From positions 730,229 through 794,228 of the forward strand of contig NW_003314299.1 of assembly GCF_000143415.4 (NCBI RefSeq): DNA of 64,000 bases, read 5' to 3'. Shown in pieces: positions 59,200-64,000 of the stretch. The position numbers and the translations under genes are program-made. The stretch's first letter is position 1, and each line of letters opens with the position of its first letter. The stretch comes from Selaginella moellendorffii. Lineage: Eukaryota; Plantae; Lycopodiophyta. The notes beneath the pieces were generated by a model that saw only the letters and a program-made list of their open reading frames with translations, did not search any database and was not told where the DNA came from.

Positions 59200-60380
59200 G
59201 TGAGACACAAATCCCAGAGCCCCAAAAGTAGAGCTGAAAGGGAGCTACGTGGTAGTGGCCGAAGCGGAAGCCAAACGAGCATAACACGTTTGGACTAAAA
59301 GCTCTGACTTGAAAAGTTGAGAGTGGGAGTGGAACTCTCAACAAAGTGCTAAAGAAACAAGCAATAAATAAGTCTCTAGAAAAGGGACACAAGAGGACCA
59401 ACACATGATATGTGGAAGTGTCGAGATTGACCCAAGATGAACCCAAGATGGAGTCTAAGATGGACTTGAGATGGAGTTTGAGATGGAGTTTGAGACAGAC
59501 CAAGATAGAGCCTAAGATGGACCCAAGATGGAGTCCGAGATGGACCTGAGATGGAGTCCAAGATGGAGTCTGAGATGGAATCAAGATCAAAACCATGTCC
59601 GAGTCTAAGTTTGAGTTTGAATTTGAATATTAATACAAGCTATTGGGTGAAAGTCCAAAATGATTGTCCCCCCGGGGGGGGGGGGGGGGGTTGTAGGGGA
59701 TTCCAAAATTATAGTAGAGAGAGTGTAGGGGTTGGACCTTAGTGGAGTTAATTTGGCTAGAAAAGGCCAGTGTGACCCAAGAAAGCTATACCCACGTGTT
59801 GGGTGATGATATATTCACTAAGGATTCCATGACTAAAGTGACAATGCTCCCAATCTACATATTTGGATACTTGGCATGGCTCAACAGAACCTCACTATGA
59901 AACACAAAATCCCTAGGCCCCAAAGTGGAGCCGAAAGGGTGCCATGTGGTGGTGGCCAAAGCAAAAACCAAACGAGCGTAACACGTTTGGACTAAAAGCC
60001 CCGACTTAAAAGGTCGAGAGCAGGAGTGGAACTCCCAACAAAGTGCTCGAGGAACAAGCACGAAGCGAGCAATAAGCGAGGCTCCAAAAAGAGACCCAAA
60101 AGGACCAACACATGACACGTGGAAGTGTCCGAGATGGACTCGAGTTGGAGTCCGAAGTGGAGTCCGAGATGGACCCGAGTTGGAGTCCGAGATAGAGTCC
60201 GAGATGGACCCGAGATGGAGTCCGAGATGGAGTCCGAGATGGAGTCCGAGGTGGACCCGAGATGGACCCGAGATGGTGTCCGAGATGGAGTCCGAGGTGG
60301 ACCCGAGATGGACCCGAGATGGAGTCCGAGATGGAGTCCGAGATGGAGTCCGAGATGGAGTCCGAGATGGAGTCTGAAGT

Positions 60381-60412
<32 letters not shown>

Positions 60413-62070
60413 GGACCGAGACTGAGACCGAGGCCGAGGCCGAGACCGAGCCCGAGCCGGAGCCCGAGCCGGAGTCCGAGTCCGAGTCCGAGTTCGAGTC
60501 CGAGTCCGAGTCCGAGTCCGAGTCTGAGTCCGAGTCCGAGTTCGAGTCCGAGTCCGAGTCCGAGTCCGAGTCCGAGTCCGAGTCTGAGAGGGTGAAAGCC
60601 CAAAGCGTTCGTCTCCCAGACCCTGGGGGGTTTGGTGAGCTCCAAAAGTATAGTAAGGGGGAGGACTGCAGTGGAGCCAGTTTGGCCAGGAAAGGCCAGT
60701 TTGGCCCAGGAAGGCCAGACCTAGTGTTGGGTGATGAGCTGCCCACTGGGAAGTCCAAGACTAGAGTGAACACGGACCAACAAGCGGGGTAGCTTGGTGA
60801 AGTGTTCAAGAGCCGGCTCTAGTTCCCCCGGGAGATCGACTGGCCGATGCTCCCAGTCCAAGTGTGGGTGGCACTACCTACTTGGATACCTAGCGTGGCT
60901 CAACGGAACCTCGCTCTAAGCCCATGGCTAGAGCACCTAAAGGCGAAAGGCGGGGAGAGTACCCATGAGGCTTGCGTAAGGCCACGGTGTTCCGAAATGT
61001 TGTCCCAAAATCCCTAACGGTGAAAGAGAAGAGGAGTAGGCCTTTAATGCAGTGACCAAGGATACGGTCACATGGTGAGGAAGTCCCAAAGGATAGTGGG
61101 ACTTAGTGGTCGGGCCTGCGGGCCTTGATCCAGTGGCAGTGTTGATGAACACGGCCATGGACAGAAAGGGACTTGGTGGGGACCAGAAAGGAGATATTGG
61201 GGAAGGCTATTTCCCATGTCTGTGGGCATCCTAAGGATGCTAAGGAGTGGATTGGGGATGACCACTCATGGACGGATAGCCCAGTCTTGGAGAGATGGGA
61301 TTGCAATGCAGGTGGTGTTGGACCACCGATGTGACCAAGGTGATTGGGCATGGCCTAGCGTAATGGGCTAGTATGTTGGTGGTGCCTTGGGGTGTCGGTC
61401 ATGGGATCAGACACGTGGAGCACTTGGACCAAGTGCAAAGGTGGAGTGGCACGGAGGCCATTCTCGGGGCTAGCAAGCCCCAAGTCCTAACTTGGACTTA
61501 TGGAGGTTGTGAATGAGACTCCTCCAAGTGGTCGGAGGTGCGGTTAAGTGACTAAAGTAAAATGGAAAATTTAGTCGCCTACACTCACTCTAACCCCATG
61601 ACCAAAGCACCCAAAGGCAGAAGGTGGGGAGAGTACTCATGAGGCTCACATAAGGCCACGGTGTTTTGAAATATTGTCCTAAAATCCTGCACTGTTGAAA
61701 AGAAGAGGAGTAGTCTATAAGGAACCAACTCTTTGAGGTGTCGAAGGCTAAAGGAAAACCGAAAACATGACCAAAATGATAAAAAGTTTATTAAATGAGA
61801 CAAGTCTGAGATCGAGTCCAAGACCGACTCTAAGACTGAGTTTGAGACTAAGTCCGAGATTGAGTCTGAGACCGACTCCGAGACCGAGTTGGAAACCGAG
61901 TCTAAGATCCGATATCGGGTCCGAGACTGAGTCCGAGATCAAGTCTGAGATAGAGTCCGAGATCAGGTCTGAGATCGAGTCTAAGACCGAGTCCGAAGTT
62001 GGTTGTGGGTGAAAGCCCAAAGCGTGTGTCTTCCAGGGGGGGCTATAGGGGGTTCCAAAAGTATAGTAAC
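59200..62070. repeat. Composite repeat units containing GAGNNN hexamer/12-mer arrays
   Basis: 59200-59897 approximates 59899-60915; 60921-61045 approximates 61594-61720; arrays at 59425-59620, 60128-60588 and 61797-61996. Confidence 0.85.
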
Positions 62071-62678
62071 GATAGTGAGATCCAGGAACTAGTCTTGAAG
62101 GAACTCTTTAGTGGTGCTTCCAAATTGACTTAAGGTTGAGACTGGGGCTGAGTGGCCTTGGGTGGGAGTGAGCATGGACTCGGGTGGTTCCGGAGGGGCC
62201 ACCCAAGGAAGTGCTTAAGAGCAGCTCCCACTCCCGAAAGGGAAACCGACTGCGGTGCTCCCGGCTCATGTGGAGTGGTGCCCCATTTGAGTACTTTGTG
62301 GCTCATTAGTCCTCGCCCTTCCTAGGGGCTTGGGCAATGGAAGTGGGGTGGGGGGGTAGAGATACCCATACTAGGGTATTAGACCACAGTGTTTCCCGAA
62401 GCAAGTGTTGCACCCAAGGCTTGGGATTTAGAGGGTCTCACGATTAAATTTTGTTGTACCAAGGGATGTTAGGAACCTGGAGGCTTGGTGTGCTTGGTTG
62501 TTTGTGCCTGCGGGGAGTGTAGCCGAACCTTAAGTCTAGTCTAACTTGGGGAGGGGGATTGGGAGAGATTTGGGAATTTGTGGATAGATAGTTAATGCTT
62601 CGTTGCTCGTGACAAATCGGGATCAAAATAGCGGACAGAACAGGAAAACCCTAATGTTTACGTGGTGAGGGTGTGTTG

Positions 62679-64000
62679 TGTAACACTCCCCTCCAAACCA
62701 AACCCACTCACCAAACCAAATTTATCGCGTAAGAGTTGAAACTTGTCGCGAATGTGACTTTAGGTATCGAAAGATACTTGTCGGCCAGTCCTTACGGACA
62801 CTCTTTCCTTACTGCCATGACGGCAGAAGGTCGGTACAGTTGGTTCCCTTTATTGTTCCCACTTGAGCTAGTTGAGAAACTGGTCAATGACCGTGTACTT
62901 AAATCGGATAAACATAAGGTAAGAACCCTATGTGTTTCTTGCTGAGCATACTCGGCCTGGTTTGAGAAACTCCTGTCATTAGCTTGCACTTGCTAGTGTC
63001 AAGAACCCCCGCGATATTGATACTAGTCCCTCAATACTCGTTAAGTGATAGCTTACCGTGTCTGCCAAACACCCTCGCTATCATGCCCTTTGTGTTGGTC
63101 TCATTTCGGTCCCAAATGCTATTTATGGAAAGTGTCTAGATTAGCTCATTTGGCATATCTACGGAATGTAGAGATCGGCCTGAACACAATGGTGTTCGTC
63201 CCGTGTCCAAATTCGCAATTTAAGGACATTCCATATTTAGTAAGTTTCGGACTTGTCCCAGAGACTAACTCCTGGTACTAAGGGAGGCTTGGGGTGAAAG
63301 CCCAAAGCGTGTGTCCCTCAAGGGGGGGGGGGCTGTGGGGGGTTCCAAATGTATAGTAGGGATAGTGGTTGGAATGCATGTCCGACCACCTGAGACATTA
63401 GTTTGGCTCCCGCTGGGCTGTGTCGCTCCTTGTTCTGCATCCGGCTTGGGTCTAAGCCCAAGCTCCACGCTGCTTTAGTCGGTGGAGTACCCTCCTCCTC
63501 GCGTTAGGCCACCGGTATGCCAAAATTGTGCCAGACTCCGTCTGACACCATTTTGCGTGCAGGTGCTGGATACGGGGAGCTGGTGCTCGTGGGATTGTAC
63601 CGGACCCTCGTTTCGTAGCGTAACGGGCTTGGAGTTCGGCTCCAAATTCAGGTGCGCTACATTTGGTATCAGAGCAATTGTCTCAGCGATTCCTATCCAA
63701 CTTTTGTCGGATTTTCTGACTCAAGTTGCATACGCAGAGACTTTTCTAGTAGATCCGAAGCGACCTGTGTAGGATTAGTTGGATTGCACCATTCGGTAAG
63801 AACGTTGTATGCATGTTCAGTTACTGATAGAGGCATGCATGCAGCTAGCAGGATGGTGAAGAGGAACCGTGCTGATGATGCTGAAACCTCTAGACGGGCG
63901 AATCGAGAGGAGGAAACTCCTGCTAGAGATGCTGCGGAAGAGGCTGAGGCTGAGTCAGAAGAGGAAGAGCTGGTTGCTGCGGCGCTGCAGCGTACGGCTC
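62679..64000 (+). mobile_element. 5' end of a second LTR retrotransposon (LTR ~62679-63661, PBS for tRNA-iMet, start of an ORF)
   Basis: TGTAACAC at 62679 ... TACA at 63661; TGGTATCAGAGC at 63664-63675; ORF from ATG 63853 open to the window end. LTR start is inferred because the 3' LTR is not in the window. Confidence 0.7.

Noticed and set aside
59992-60809. ORFs with SD-, ES-, LG- and SP-dipeptide repeats resembling staphylococcal Sdr proteins
   Set aside because: By-product of the hexamer array; several frames on both strands are open and no other domain is present.
59200-62070. CRISPR-like array
   Set aside because: Eukaryotic context; repeats are contiguous microsatellites with no unique spacers and no cas genes.

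Overview
Eukaryotic plant nuclear DNA with compact genes and mostly 45-80 nt introns. Gene style and an SS-repeat PPR gene suggest the lycophyte Selaginella (inference). Positions 1-50.8 kb are gene-dense: HEN1 (runs off the left edge), STELLO-like, a P1BS-flanked orphan ORF, CCD7, NADPH-P450 reductase, SEC11 plus a decayed paralogue, a PLS/E-class PPR, an orphan, PsbTn, a non-RD CDK-like kinase, IBA57/CAF17-like, SLAC1/SLAH, CTP synthase, RRP15, SICKLE-like, UBC19/20, a secreted micro-exon orphan, a GT2-family gene, UBP24 and DUF716. A roughly 2.6 kb IBA57-SLAH block is duplicated with reciprocal decay around a 6.8 kb insert. That insert holds a dead Crinkler/STAND-like NTPase gene, an 835 nt foldback hairpin and AT-rich decayed DNA. 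From 50.9 kb the window is repeat-rich. It contains a complete but stop-interrupted Ty3/gypsy element (174 bp LTRs, 4 bp TSD, G GGA AAC slippery site plus pseudoknot), a circularly permuted and transition-eroded copy of its pol, hexamer-array repeats, and the 5' LTR/PBS of another LTR element running off the right edge. All calls come from motif recognition by eye; no database search was run.
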